A DNA stretch of 64,000 bases from the human T2T-CHM13v2.0 reference genome, Homo sapiens, in NCBI RefSeq assembly GCF_009914755.1, contig NC_060927.1; one strand, 5' to 3'. Of the stretch, positions 26,753 through 42,849 are shown in pieces. Below the pieces are notes generated by a model. The model was not told where the DNA came from and searched no databases. It saw only the letters and a list, made by a program, of their open reading frames with translations. Numbering within the stretch: the first letter of the stretch is position 1; each line of letters begins with the position of its first letter. Made by a program: the position numbers and the translations under genes.

Positions 26753-28810
26753 GTGAGAAGACTGTTTTCAAATATAGTTAACAAAAGTTTTTAATATATC
26801 TTTAAACCTCCTGAATGCAATCTCAGTGTTGTCATTTATATGCACTGTCTACCTGTGGCTGTATATAATTTTAGATTTATTTTGGATTATATGTCACTAG
26901 AATGTCTTTCCTAGTGAATTCTAGATTCAACAGTAGCATTTTTTGTTATTGTTGTTTTGTGCTATCAAACAGTGTAGCAAAGGGTCTTTGCAACTGTGCA
27001 TATCTCAACATATTTCTACTAATTTCTCTTAACCTTTGTAGGGCCCCAAACCATTCCACTTTTCTTTCCAAAGAGTCTTTGGATACAGGGTAGCTAAGAC
27101 TTTAGTAGGCTCTCTTGGACTGCCTCTACTTATAAAAAAACAATTTGCTCCTGGGCACAGGGGCTCACACCTATAATCCCAGTACTTTGGGAGGCCAAGG
27201 TGGAGGAGCGCTTGAGCTCAGGAGTTCGAGACCAGCCTGGGCAACATAGCGAGACCTCATCGCTACTAAAAATAATTAGCCAGGCATGGTGGCACGGACC
27301 TGTAGTCCCAGTTACTCAGAAGGTTGAGGTGGGAGGACTGCTTGAGCCCAGGAGTTTGAGGATGCTGTGAGCCATGCTCTTACTGCTCTCCAGCCTGGGC
27401 AACAGAGTGAGACTCTGTCTCAAAAAAAAAAGAAAAAAAAATGTTTGCACATCCACAGACTGGCCTTTGTCCTAACACAGAAGCATGAAATATAGAGGTG
27501 AATTAAATAAGCTGGTATACATTGAGTGAATTCTGAGATGTAAAATCCAGGCCTCAAATATTACTTAATTGTCACAGTTATTATATTTAATGTCAATCTC
27601 AATTTTAAAAAATCTTTTTTCTGAATGTGAAAATTACATCATCATTATAGAGAATTTGGAAAATGTGTGCTTAGGGGGTAGAATGCAGTTAAATATTGTA
27701 GCATATTTGTATCTTCTTCCAGTATATTATTTCTATAAAATACTTATCGATTTTAATTCATAAACTATAGAAAAATAATCTCCATGCCTTAATAGTGGAA
27801 GGAATATTTATTGTGAATAAGCAAGAAATGCTTGTTATGAGAAATATTACAGTAAATTATCCTTTTAATCCTTTTAATATTTTTCTAACAAAGCTAATGT
27901 TGGTGTTGGTTTTTTTTTAATTGTGGTAAAAAACACATAACATAAACTTTACTGTCTTAATCATTTTTAATTATACATTTCAGTAATGTTAAGTATATTT
28001 ACATTGTTGTGAAACTAGTATTTTTATTAGTTTATTATTGGTTTATTATTAAGCCATCTCCATTTTTTCTGTGAATTTACTATAGCATAGCTCATAAACC
28101 ACATTTTTACTTAAATTTTGACTATCATTGTTTCGGAATGTTAAAAGTCAGCATACTGTGAGATAGCTTGTTTTTAAAATTTATACTAGTTTGAATAATG
28201 TATTAATTAAGAAAACTAAACAGCTTCAGAGCTGTGTGACTATTAGTTCTTCGAGAACTTTCATGAACACACAGTATCCCTCTAAAGGGAAAATCACTCC
28301 TTTTTCCAAGACAAATACCCCTGTAGCAGACTGAATGGTCTGAGGTCAGATGTGGCTAATAATACTCAGCCTGCATATCTCATAGGATTAGAGTAGGAAC
28401 CAAGGGTTATATGTTGTAAAATCAAAATAAGACATTGATTACTAATATTTATAAAGACATAATTTGAATGCAATCAGATTGCAGCCTAAGGGTCCCATCA
28501 CTCCTTTGAAGAGATACTTCTCCTAACTTACTTAATTATTTGATTTCCAAAAATGTATTTTATATCCAATTTTTAAGGGAACAAATCTATTTCCACAGTG
28601 AAACATCTATTTATAAATTGCAGTATCACCGTTCTTTAAGAGACAAGTATAAAAACCAAACTATAGTTCTGTTGAATTTGCAGACTCTTAAAAATACGAT
28701 AGCAGATATTTATTTTATGTGGGCATTACATGAGTAATCCTTTATTTTATAACTCTGCTATCACCTTCTGTCCCTTACATTTATCTTTCACTTATCTGTT
28801 ACTGCATGTT

Positions 28811-29385
28811 TGCTGTGGGAATTAGGAGACTGGAGAGACCACTGGGTGAAACAGAAGGATTTTATTTAGGTGGCCACCAACTTAGTGGATTAACATCTAA
28901 AGGCTGAGCAATGAACAAAGACAGGGCTTGACTTTTATTTATGCTGCTGAAGTGGAGTGGCTAGCCAGTGGCGCAAAATTTGCAGGGCGGGGAAACCAGG
29001 CTTGCAGAAGCAGAACAAAGGCAGTTAATTATACTGTGACAGGTTTTTGCAATTTAGGCATGTTTTGTGACTTTGCTGTGTTACAGAGAGAAAAACAGGA
29101 ACGTATAAAACCTTTGCAAACTTGTAAAAATAGTTACAAAACTAATTAATGAGAGCAGAACAAAGAATGATGGTATGGGGAGAGAATTTTAGGGGGAGAC
29201 TGATAAGAACTTGTTTTTCTCATACTTGCTTTTGGAACCCATTTTTTGGGGGCCTTTGCCTGGTTTTGCAGATAATGTTATAGCTCCAGCTGGACTTTGG
29301 ATGTTGATCTGCTGAGTTGGTGGCCGCCTAAATAAATCCTCCTGTTTCACCCAGTGACCTCTCCAGTCTCCTGATTGCCACAACA
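28811..29385. mobile_element. LTR-like element with ~90-bp inverted termini (family not assigned)
   Basis: TG...CA ends; 4-bp TSD TGTT (28807-28810 / 29386-29389); both ends carry an AATAAA-containing LTR-3'-end-like segment in opposite orientation. Confidence 0.65.
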
Positions 29386-31252
29386 TGTTGGCATTAATCA
29401 CTAGGAATTTCATTATCTGAACAATGTGTATTATTTGTACAGGTTCTCATCTTTCTGAGAAACTCCAAACTTCTTTGAAAGAGGAGTGATGTCTCCACTT
29501 CTTCGACAGCAGTTCATTCCTCTGACTTCTGCTCCAGTCACTCTACTGAAACTCCTCTCAATCAGGTCATCACTGACCTTCTATTTGTTATTTGCTAGCC
29601 TCTCTTCGGTCTTTATCCAGCTTGAGCTCTTTCGAATTTGATATTATTAATTGCCTTATCCATCTTGAAATACCTCCATTGGCTTCTGGAATGCCATTCT
29701 CCTCTTGGTCCTCCTATTTCTCCAGTTGCTCTTTTTCAATTTAATGGTTCTTACTCCTACATCTAGTCTGAAATATTATCTGCCTGATTCACATCTCTTT
29801 GTCTTCCCTTATGTACTTGCCTAGGTGACCTTATCTCATCTATTTTCATGGTTTTAATTACCATGCATGCTGTTGACTACCAAACCAGCCCAGACTTTTC
29901 TCTTTCATTCATTCATTTATATTTCTTTTTCAAATTTTATATATCTTATTTATTTTTTATTGCATGTATATATTTCTTTTTAAATTTTTATATATGTTTT
30001 TTAGTTGACTGTGCATCTTTTTAAAATAACAGGCAAAATAACATTAGCACATTTAAACTTAATAATAATAATTCATATTATCTAATACGCAATCTGTATT
30101 CAGACTCCCCCAGTCTTCCAAACTGTTCTTTAATAAACCTGGATCCAAGCTAGGATTAGTCATTACATCAGGTTATTTCTGTGAAATCTCTTTTACTTCA
30201 AAACAGTTTCTTTTTTATGATTCTGACTTGTCAATGGGGAAGTTGTCCAGAAAAATATTCTACCTTTTGGATCAGTCTCATTGCTTCCTTATGGCATCAT
30301 TTAGCTGTGTTTCCTGGAAACTGGAAGTTGGTTCTATGAGCTTCAGTTAGATGAATATAAGTTAAATATTTATAGCTAGAATTAATCCTATGTAATGTGT
30401 ATAATATATTGCATCATATTAGGAGTCACAGCATATCTGGGTATCCCACCATTAGTGATGCAGAGATTAACTCTGGTTTAGGGTGGTGGCAGTCTGATCC
30501 CTCCAATGTACGGTTAAGTTATATGCTCTATATCAGCCAGTGTTCCTTTAGTATCTATTCTGTGCCAAGTATTGTCCAGAGCTCAACCCATAATAGAAAT
30601 TCTCCCTATATACCCACGTGTCTCTTAAATGACAGAGAAATCCCGAAAATGCATTATATTAAAAACAGTGTGGTGGTAGTTTCCCAGAAAGAGGACATAG
30701 GCCAATTTAAGAGCACGAAAGCTTTGATAATCTGCCCTGCCAGTTGTAAACCCTTAGGTGTGTGGAAAAAACAGTAGAGACTAATCACAGAAGGAGTAAA
30801 GCTTAGAAACAATGGCTGTAGGCCAGGTGTGGTAGCTCACACCTGTAATCAAGCACTTTGGGAGGCCAAGGCATGGGGGTTGCTTGAGCCCAGGAGTTTA
30901 AGACCAGTCTGGGCAACATAATGACACCCTGTTCCTACAGAAAAAAAAGAAAAAATTAGCTAGGCATTGTAGCATGTACCTGTAGTCCCAGCTGCTTGGG
31001 AGGTTGAGGCAAGAGGATCACTTGAGCCTAGGAGTTTGGGGTTACAGTGAGCCATGAGCAGGCCACTGCATTCCAGCCTGGGTGGCAGAGCAATACCCTG
31101 ACTCAAAAAAATTCTACTGGCCAGGTGCAGTGTCTCACACCTGTAATCTCAGCACTTTGGGAGGCCGAGGCGGGCAGATCACTAAGTCAGGAGATTGAGA
31201 CCATCCTGGCCAACATGGTGAAACCCCATCTCTACTAAAATGCAAAAAATTA

Positions 31253-31462
<210 letters not shown>

Positions 31463-31643
31463 TTATATAACTGCACTACATCCTCTGCCTTTATTCAGAG
31501 TGCCCTTAGCATCTTTTTTTTTTTTTTTTTTTTTTTTTCTGAGACAGGGTCTCACTCTGTTACTCAGACTGGTGTGTAGTGGTGCCATCATGGCTCACTG
31601 AGCCTAGGCTCAGGTGATTCTCCCACCTTAGCCTCCCAAGTAG

Positions 31644-31892
<249 letters not shown>

Positions 31893-32253
31893 TAGGTCAA
31901 AAGTTTAATATTAGTATGGAAAACATTTGAGGTAGAAAAAGTTCATATTAATACTTAGATGCATGTTTGGGCTCAGAAATACTTTTGAACTCTGTAGAGA
32001 ATTAATATGGTAGCTAACTTAAACAGGTCTTAAATTTCATCTAATAAATACTTGAGTTACCTTTATGTGCCATCTCAGTATGCTAAGTGCTAGGCTTCAA
32101 CCCTTTTCATCTGGAGAAAAGTAACTTACCTTTCTGCTTGTGATGGGCCTCTGTGCCCCAACCTCATCCCAATTCATGAATAAACTGATATTTACTCTGT
32201 GGTCCCTGACTGATGTTTCACATTCCTGACTATTGTTTAACAATCTGATTCTG

Positions 32254-32416
32254 GGCCGGGCGCAGTGGCTCACGCCTGTAATCCCAGCTCTCAGGGAGGC
32301 AAGAGGCGGGAGGATAGCTTGAGCCCAGGAGTTCGAGACCTGCCTGGGCAATATAGCGAGACCCCGTTCTCCAGAAAAAGGAAAAAAAAAAAAGACAAAA
32401 AAAAAATAAGCGTAAC
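32254..32416 (+). pseudogene. BC200 (BCYRN1) RNA retropseudogene, 3'-truncated, no poly(A) tail
   Basis: Alu monomer with BC200-diagnostic CCCAGCTCTCAGGGAGG, GGATAGCTTG, GAGACCTGCC, GCAATATAGC, CGTTCTCCAGAAAAAGG, then A-rich domain and ATAAGCGTAAC; direct repeats TAACAATCTGATTCTG at 32238-32253 and 32413-32428. Confidence 0.9.
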
Positions 32417-33468
32417 AATCTGATTCTGATCTCTAGTACACCTAATTTCCATTTCTTGCCCCTGCTTTACTCCAAATACTGATTTCCATATTTCCCATAC
32501 CAGCCTAAATATCAAACTTTTAAACTCATGATTGCTTGGTAGTGTGGTTCTGATGCTGCTGCTTTTGCATCCTGTCCTGATCCACATCCTTAGCACCTAC
32601 CATAATGATTCCCTGGAAAGAGTCATTTCCCCTGATAGATGCTAATTTTCCATTTTGGTAGGCCTGGGCTGCCTACAAAATGAGGTTCCCAAGAGGAAAC
32701 AAGGATGGCACTAAACTGGGCAAGTGTCTTCTGATATATTGACCATACATGGCAAGTTGTTCGTGTCTATGAAAAAAATTGATGCCCTTTGCCAGACTCC
32801 ACTGAGCAACAGACATAGCTAAGACTTAATAAGTTCATCATTTTGAGGTTGGAATCAGCCATTAAGTACTTGTCTCTTCTTTCTGCTATCTCTTACCTGA
32901 TAATCAGTTACTATATAGTGAATATAGGAATCTAATGGCCGTAATGAGGGCAAGCCTCAAGTTCTGTTGAAAACAAATGAGAAGACCAAGGAGTTCTAAA
33001 TATATTTTTCCTTAAGAAATGGTGTTTGTCATTATTTAATAAATCCCTTCATTCCATATTTTGCAGGTGATAAAACTGAGGCACAGTTAACTCACTTGCT
33101 CCTAGTCACAAAGCTAGTTAGAACCACAGCCAGGGCTAGAAGTTAGTGTTCTGAATTCCTATTCCAATCCCACTGAAGAATACTATTCTCCTATATTATA
33201 GGATGAGTAGCCTACCATTTATTGTTCATTGTTTTGAACTCATTGAATTGTTTGAATTCATTGTTTTGAACTCAAATATTTTTACATAAAGAGTATACAT
33301 TGTAAATCTCCCTCTTCTTAACCCTTCAGAGAACCATTGATTCTGCTTTCAAAGGATACCTTTATTACTAGTTTTTTGAACCTCTTTTAGAAGTATTCTT
33401 TGTATAGCTGGGCATGGTGGCTCACGCCTGTAATCCTAGCACTTTGGGAGGCCGAGGTGGGCAGATCA

Positions 33469-34630
<1,162 letters not shown>

Positions 34631-36313
34631 TCCATTGAACTCTAATGTATCCAAATTCTGATTGCAAATAGAAACAAACTCACCAGCTCAAGCATAAAAG
34701 GGAAATTTATTAACAGGATACAAGAGGCCAGGCACAGTGGCTCACACCTACCTGTAATCCCAGCAATTTGGGAGGCCGAGATGGGTGGATCACTTGAGGT
34801 CAGGAGTTCGAGACCAGCCTGACCAACATGGTGAAACCCCGTCTCTATTAAAAATACAAAAATTAGCTGGGCATGGTGGTGCATGCCTATAATCCCAGCT
34901 GCTGCAGAGACTGAGGCAGGAGAATGGCTTGAACCCGGGAAGAGGCAGAGATTGCAAGATCGTGTCACTGTACTCCAGCTTGAGCAACAGAGTGAGACTC
35001 CGTCTCAAGGAAGAAAAGGATACGAGAATCAGTGTCTTGTAGGACGTAAGAGCAAAAATTCAATAAGACCTCAAAGAAGACTGGAACAGGCTACTAAAAA
35101 GCTATCAGAAACCAAGCTGTGCCTTCTCTCTACCTCTTGCCTCTGCTTTTCTCTGCATGTCTGCATCATTCCCTCCCATTAGTCTGGCAGAATAATATAT
35201 GTGGCAGAAACACATAGGTTTGGGGTTGACATATTACAAGTTCAGTCAGTCAGAGAGAATGAATCTCTCCTTCTCTTGGGGAGACATAATCTCTGATGTA
35301 GCCAGACAACATTTTGTGGATATTTACCTATGGTCATGGGAGCAGAATCACATAGCAGAAATGTGATGACTGAAAATCCCATCCTGTGCTAGGTTGAGCA
35401 GATGCCCAATAGCAACCGTTAATAGTAAGGTGGTGGTGGTGTTTTTTTTTCTTTTGTTCTTTCTTAACTTGCAGCAGGGTAGGAAAGGAGCAATATGTTA
35501 ATTGGAGAAAATTTAGAGAATGGGAGAAGCAAAAAATGCTAATTAACAAATTAGCAAATTTTCAGCTCGAAGAGGTAACATTGTAAACCTTTGGCGTTTT
35601 TCTTTCTTTTTTTTTTTTTTTTTTGAGACAAGGTCTCCCTCTGTCACCCAGCCTAGAGTGCAGTGGCACGATCATGGCTTGTTGCAGCTTAAGACTTCCC
35701 TGGCTCAAGGGATTTTCCCACCTCAGCCTCCTGAGTAGCTGGGACTATAGGCACGCCACCATGCCTGACTAATTTTTGTATTTTTTATAGAGACAGGATC
35801 TCACTGTGTTGCTTAGGCTGGTCTCAAACCCCTGGGCTCAAGTGATCCTCCCCCTGTTTTAGCCTACCAAAGTATTCTCTCTTTTTTTCTGTATGAATTT
35901 ATTATTTCATTTACAGGGTTGTAATCTATTTCATAGTCTGTTTTTACCAGTTAGTATATGGTGTCTTTCCATAACATGAGTATTCCATAACCCACCCTTC
36001 CCAACATTTGTTTTTAATTTTCTACCATTAAGTAAGATGAGCATCTTTGGTGGCTACATATTTAAGCATGTCTGTGATTAGTTTCTGATGATAAATTCTT
36101 AGATAATTGCCAATTTTGAAAAGTTGGCATTTTGCGTCTTTTGATCAATATAGCCATTTTCATATAGAAGCAGTCCTACCTATTGCCATTTCAGGTGGAA
36201 AGCCTTACCACACAAATTGATACTGTGTCCTCACCAAGTTTAAAAGATCTGGCCGGGAGCCGCAGCTCACGCCTGTAATACCAGCACTTTGGGAGGCCGA
36301 GGCGGGTGGATCA

Positions 36314-36598
<285 letters not shown>

Positions 36599-38932
36599 CT
36601 ACCTGGGAGGCTGAGGTGAGAGGCTCACTTCAGCCAGGAGTTGGAGTTGCAGTGAGCCACAATCTCGCCACTGCACTCCAGCCTTGGCAATAGAGTAAGA
36701 CCTTGTCTCTATTTGAAAGAAAAACAAAAAAAGAATTAATGAAATAGAGTGACATGGCATTCACTCTCTAGAAATAGATTACATGGGTGTCCAGAATTTT
36801 ATTTATGCTATACTATCATCTTTCCTGCCATTTTGTTTTACTTGCCATTATCAGCTGGAGTAACCTATTTCCTTTAAGGCCATTAGCTCCCTGCCTGAGA
36901 TAAGTATTTCTCCAAGCTCAAGAAATAATGCTTTTATTGGGTTAACAGTCCGTGATGAGAACATCAGATATATCTAATTAAGCTAAAAACCATTTGGTTG
37001 CAAATAGGATATTTAATACAGGCAAAACTACTAGCTTGCTAATCCTTTCAGATAGACACACATTCTAGCAGACATTGAAGTTACCCTTTATTTATTGGTA
37101 CTAAATGTTTTAGCAATTAGCTTCTCATGCTGTTTTCTCTTTCTGTTCCAAAGTACAAAAACAGATAACATATGTTTATTGGGCTAAGAAGTCTTGAAAA
37201 AGGCAAGCGAGTTTAAGCAAAGGGAAAGTATAAACCAAGTAATGTACAATAAGGAAAGGATAAAACAAAATCCTATGATATATAATCATTACTCTGGATT
37301 TTATATTAAGACAGAAGTGATTTAACTTCAGTGACTAGCAGTGTTTGTTTTGATTGATTAATAAATAAGACTTTGAGGAATATCACCTTTTTTGAGGATT
37401 TGTCTTAGATTTTAAGTGTGTTTTAGGAAATACTTATATGGAAAGAATGATAGATAAGTCAGTAGTTATACTACTAAAGTATCTGGTGCTGTGCTCTCTT
37501 TATTTTTAATACTTTTATTTTGGAATTACTTGGAAAATAGTAAATATTACTGATAATATTTAGGTCCTTCTGTTAATGTTTTACTAAATACTAGGTAAAG
37601 GTTATATAATTTCCTGGATTCCTAAAAGTACTTTTGTTTGCATGTATAGAGAAAATTCTTTTCTCCCATATTTATTTCTGATTTTATAACGGAAAAAGTA
37701 TGCCTGGCATAGAATAGGTACGTGATTTGGTTAGTTGACATAGGTCTGAGTAAATGTAGCTAGAACAGCTCTGTTAAAAGAGACACGCCAATATTGCTTG
37801 TTTTTTCCTACTGTAATTGTGTAACAGCACACTGACTAAAATTACAAATCAGTGTCCTGATGTGGGTTTTTTTTTCCCCTCTATAAGTAAGAGAAGAAGG
37901 ATTGTTGGCATTTTTCTTTGTGAGACTTAACTTGTAGCAACCATAAAATGTAACTATAAAACATTTTCATTTAGATTATATTTGTGAAAAATATAAAAGC
38001 TAAAGAATTTTAAAATTCCTAAACTATCAATTGAATTTTATGAACAAAAAATTGTGGATAAGCTTTTGGTTATTCCTGTCTCTATTTTAAATCTAAAAAA
38101 TGAGAGAAGCCAGTGATTAACAGAAACATTAGAATTCTTTTAGTGGTGTTAAATGCTGTTTTTTGCATTCTAAAAATAGCTCAGGCTCATTATTGGTTTG
38201 GAAATTTGTAATGATAGAAATGGGGGGAGCCAAACAATTCAGAGACAACTATCTTTAGCATTTTGGTATATTCTTTCCAGATACATTTTTTAGATAGTAT
38301 TGAATATGCCTAATGTACAGTTTTTCATCTTGCTTTTCTCCTTTAACATTCTTGTTATAAACTGTTAGCCTTTTTAGTGATTGCCCAACATTTTGAGTTG
38401 TATTACCTTAATTTACTTGACTTTGTATTTTAAAAACTAATTTCTGAACAAGTACATATACATATTCCTTTAAAGGGTGCTTGGATTATACTATGAATTA
38501 GTTTTTTAGAACTAGCAAGCTGATGAAAGAGCACCATTTTCCTACAGTTAGAAAAAAATGCATTATCTTACCTTGTGTGGTTATGCGTATCTGAATCACT
38601 GCAAAACTGCATTTGAAAGTCATCCTTAATATTGCCAGGATTCTGATTGGGTTAGATAGGATCTTTGGACTTTTTTACAATTTTCAGGTCAAAACCAATA
38701 GAAAAAAATAGCAACAGAAATTTTCTGTGGAATAATGATGTCACTAGCTCCCCTATAAACGTTCTCAAAGTAAGTAATTTCCAGGCTGTACCGTTTGGCA
38801 CATGCACAGAGAAGAAACTTAACTGTTTATAATAGTGCGTGGTTTGTTTTTAGAGTTTTAAGAAAAAATCTGGAGTATATTTTAATGTAATATTATTATA
38901 TTATTTATGTACGCTAATAATTATTATTTTAG

Positions 38933-39117
38933 GTCCACTGGCTATTCTGAGGTGATAGTTGTCGTTGGAGGATGTGAGCGAGTTGGAGGATTTAATCTTC
39001 CATACACTGAGTGCTACGATCCTGTAACAGGAGAATGGAAGTCTTTGGCTAAGCTTCCAGAATTTACCAAATCAGAGTATGCAGTCTGTGCTCTAAGGAA
39101 TGACATTCTTGTTTCAG
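38933..39117 (+). CDS. KLHL24: KLHL24 exon 4 (Kelch repeats)
   Basis: ttttag|GTCC...TCAG|gtaaat; 185 nt; STGYSEVIVVVGGCER...YDPVTGEW; phases 2 to 1 fit. Confidence 0.96.
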
Positions 39118-39456
39118 GTAAATATAGAATTATTACAGTAGCTACTTTTAATTTGGACACAGCTTCATTATTTTAAACATCAACAGTGTCTTAAAATAGT
39201 GAAATGTGAATACTCCCACTTGAGGAAGATCAGTTTACAACAAATAAAACCAAGAATGACTTTTTGCTCTTAAAAACAGGTACAAGGCCAGGCGCGGTGG
39301 CTCACGCCTGTAATCCCAGCACTTTGGGAGGCCGAGGCAAGCAGATCACCGGGTCAGGAGATCGAGACCATCCTGGCCAACATGGTGAAACCCCATCTCT
39401 ACTAAAAAATACAAAAATTAGCCAGGTGTGGTAGTGGGCAACTGTAGTCCCAGCTA

Positions 39457-39661
<205 letters not shown>

Positions 39662-40395
39662 TCATGTCATATTTTAAATGCTCTCAAATGCATGTAGAAT
39701 ATGCTGTAATTTTTTAAACTTTACCTCTTTGCAAGTCAGAAGTACTCATAGAATTAAGCATTTCTAATTCACCCATGTTTTCTGAAATTCTCCGCAAAGT
39801 TTATGAAATAAGATTTGCTTTAAAATTCTTAACTTGAACTTCTTTATGATTGTGATATGTTACCTTTAAAATTAGAAAATAAAATGACAGACTTGTACAA
39901 AGTATAACTATAGTATCTATGATGGGAAGTCTGTTAATTGGTAAAATAATTTCACCAGCTTTGCAGATTATTATATATATTATCCACACTGAGAAATATA
40001 ACAATACATACTTTATTTTTTACAATAGTATGCTTTTTGAAAAATCGGTCAATTAAAAAAAAAACCTTTAGAATAATACCATTATTTGCGTGCTTCTGAT
40101 GTCTTACTCTTAAATTAACAATCTTTTATGTTTGTAAAATTCACATCCTATATTTAATTATTTTGGATCTATAATTATCACTTATCAAGATAACAATTGG
40201 TAAAGTTTAAATTTTCTCTGTAGAACTATTTCCATTAAATTTCAAGAGGTCTTTATTTATTGAGCTGAATTCTCAAATTCTTGAATTAGATGAATGAATT
40301 CCATGTTTTCTTTACCTATGCCTTGGTGGCACAGATCTCTTGGTGACAGCTATATCATGATAAATTATCGTGTGTGCATTGTTTTGCATTTCAAG

Positions 40396-40514
40396 GTGGA
40401 AGAATCAACAGCCGTGATGTCTGGATTTATAACTCACAGTTAAATATTTGGATCAGAGTTGCCTCTCTCAATAAAGGCAGATGGCGTCACAAAATGGCTG
40501 TCCTCCTTGGTAAA
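40396..40514 (+). CDS. KLHL24: KLHL24 exon 5 (Kelch repeats)
   Basis: tttcaag|GTGGA...AAA|gtaaga; 119 nt; [40 protein letters not shown]; phases 1 to 0. Confidence 0.95.
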
Positions 40515-41006
40515 GTAAGAGAAACCACTTTTTATTACTATTGCTGGTACCTTTCCAAAGTAAATACCACAGCTGAATCTTTCATTTTACTCACCCTCTG
40601 GGTATTTTGGATTCAAATTGTATTTCCTTCCATTTCTAACCTCAATAGATAAACCAAAGATATAAACAATATGACACTGTACTTTTGAATGGATATTTTG
40701 TTCTCCTAATTTGGAATTCATGGCAGTGTAGCACATTTCTCTTCTCATGCATCACTGAAGTCCAAATGCCTAAGAAGCATTGGAAAATAAAGGAGTTACA
40801 TCAAATACAGACAGGCCAATGTCTAACCCACGCAGTTTGTTTTCTTTTTACTAACTTTGCAAGTCAGGCAGAGATATATTTGTCCAAAGTCATGTATTTT
40901 ATCTTTTTTATTTTAAATAAATATTAAGATAAACTCACTAACAGGCCAGGCACGTTGGCTCACGCCTGTAATCCCAGCACTTTGGGAGGCTGAGGCGGGC
41001 AGATCA

Positions 41007-41270
<264 letters not shown>

Positions 41271-41682
41271 CTATTTTTGACTGCAGCTAATGATTATTAT
41301 AAACAATACATTATTTGGGTTCTAAACCATCTACTGTCTGTAGGAACCTGAGAATCAAACTTTTTTTTTTTTTTGAGACAAGGTCTCTTACTCTATTGCC
41401 CAAGCTGGAGTACAGTGGCATTATCTAGCTCACTGCAACTTCTGCCTCCCCAGTGCAAGTGATTCTCCTGCCTCAGACACCTGAGTAGCTGGGATTACAG
41501 GTGTTCGCCACCACACCTGGCTAATTTTTATATTTTTAGTAGAGGCAGGGTTTCGCCATGTTGGCCAGGCTGGTCTCCAACTCCTGAGCTCGTGATCCTC
41601 CCACCTCGGCCTCCCAGAGGGCTGGGATTATAGTTATGAGCCACCGCACCTAGCCAGTTTCCAAACTTTTTAAAAGCAACTA

Positions 41683-42226
<544 letters not shown>

Positions 42227-42849
42227 TATATTGTCTTTTAAAAAGTCATATCTAATACAAAAATTTATTACATAACAGATGAAAATACAACAGTTGTACC
42301 AAGGATTACCTTGGAGTCTTTAGCTTCTCCCTGCCCCCATCTCCATCTGCTTGTCCAAAACCACCTCAAATTAATGAACAACTAAAAGCAGCACACTTGC
42401 TTTCGCATATGTCTTTGACTGATCTCCTAGCACCCCTTTCTAAGAAGATTGCTGTCTCATAGGCCCTCCTATGGAGACAGTTAAGTACCACCAATAAAAA
42501 AACAAAGCTCTAGCTGAAACAGAAATGGTGACCAGGAACCCTTCTTGGTCAGCCTCTTACTAGTCCTCCTTCCTCTCTTTCCCCACAGGGGTTTCTTAAA
42601 ACTTCTATACTAGGCCAGTCGTGGTGGCTCACACCTGTAATCCCAGCACTTTGGGAGGCCAAGGTAGGTGGATCACGAGGTCAAGAGATCGAGACCATCC
42701 TGGCCAACATGGTGAAACCCTGTCTACTAAAAATACACAAATTAGCCGGGCATGGTGGTCCGCACCGGTAGTCCCAGCTACTCGGGAGGCTGAGGCAGAA
42801 GAATCGCTTCTGGCGGAGTTTGCAGTGAGCCAAGATTTTGCCACTGCAG

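Noticed and set aside
33225-33274. Direct repeat TTCATTGTTTTGAACTCA twice with a short spacer (CRISPR-like look)
   Set aside because: Only two copies in eukaryotic intronic DNA; a local slippage duplication
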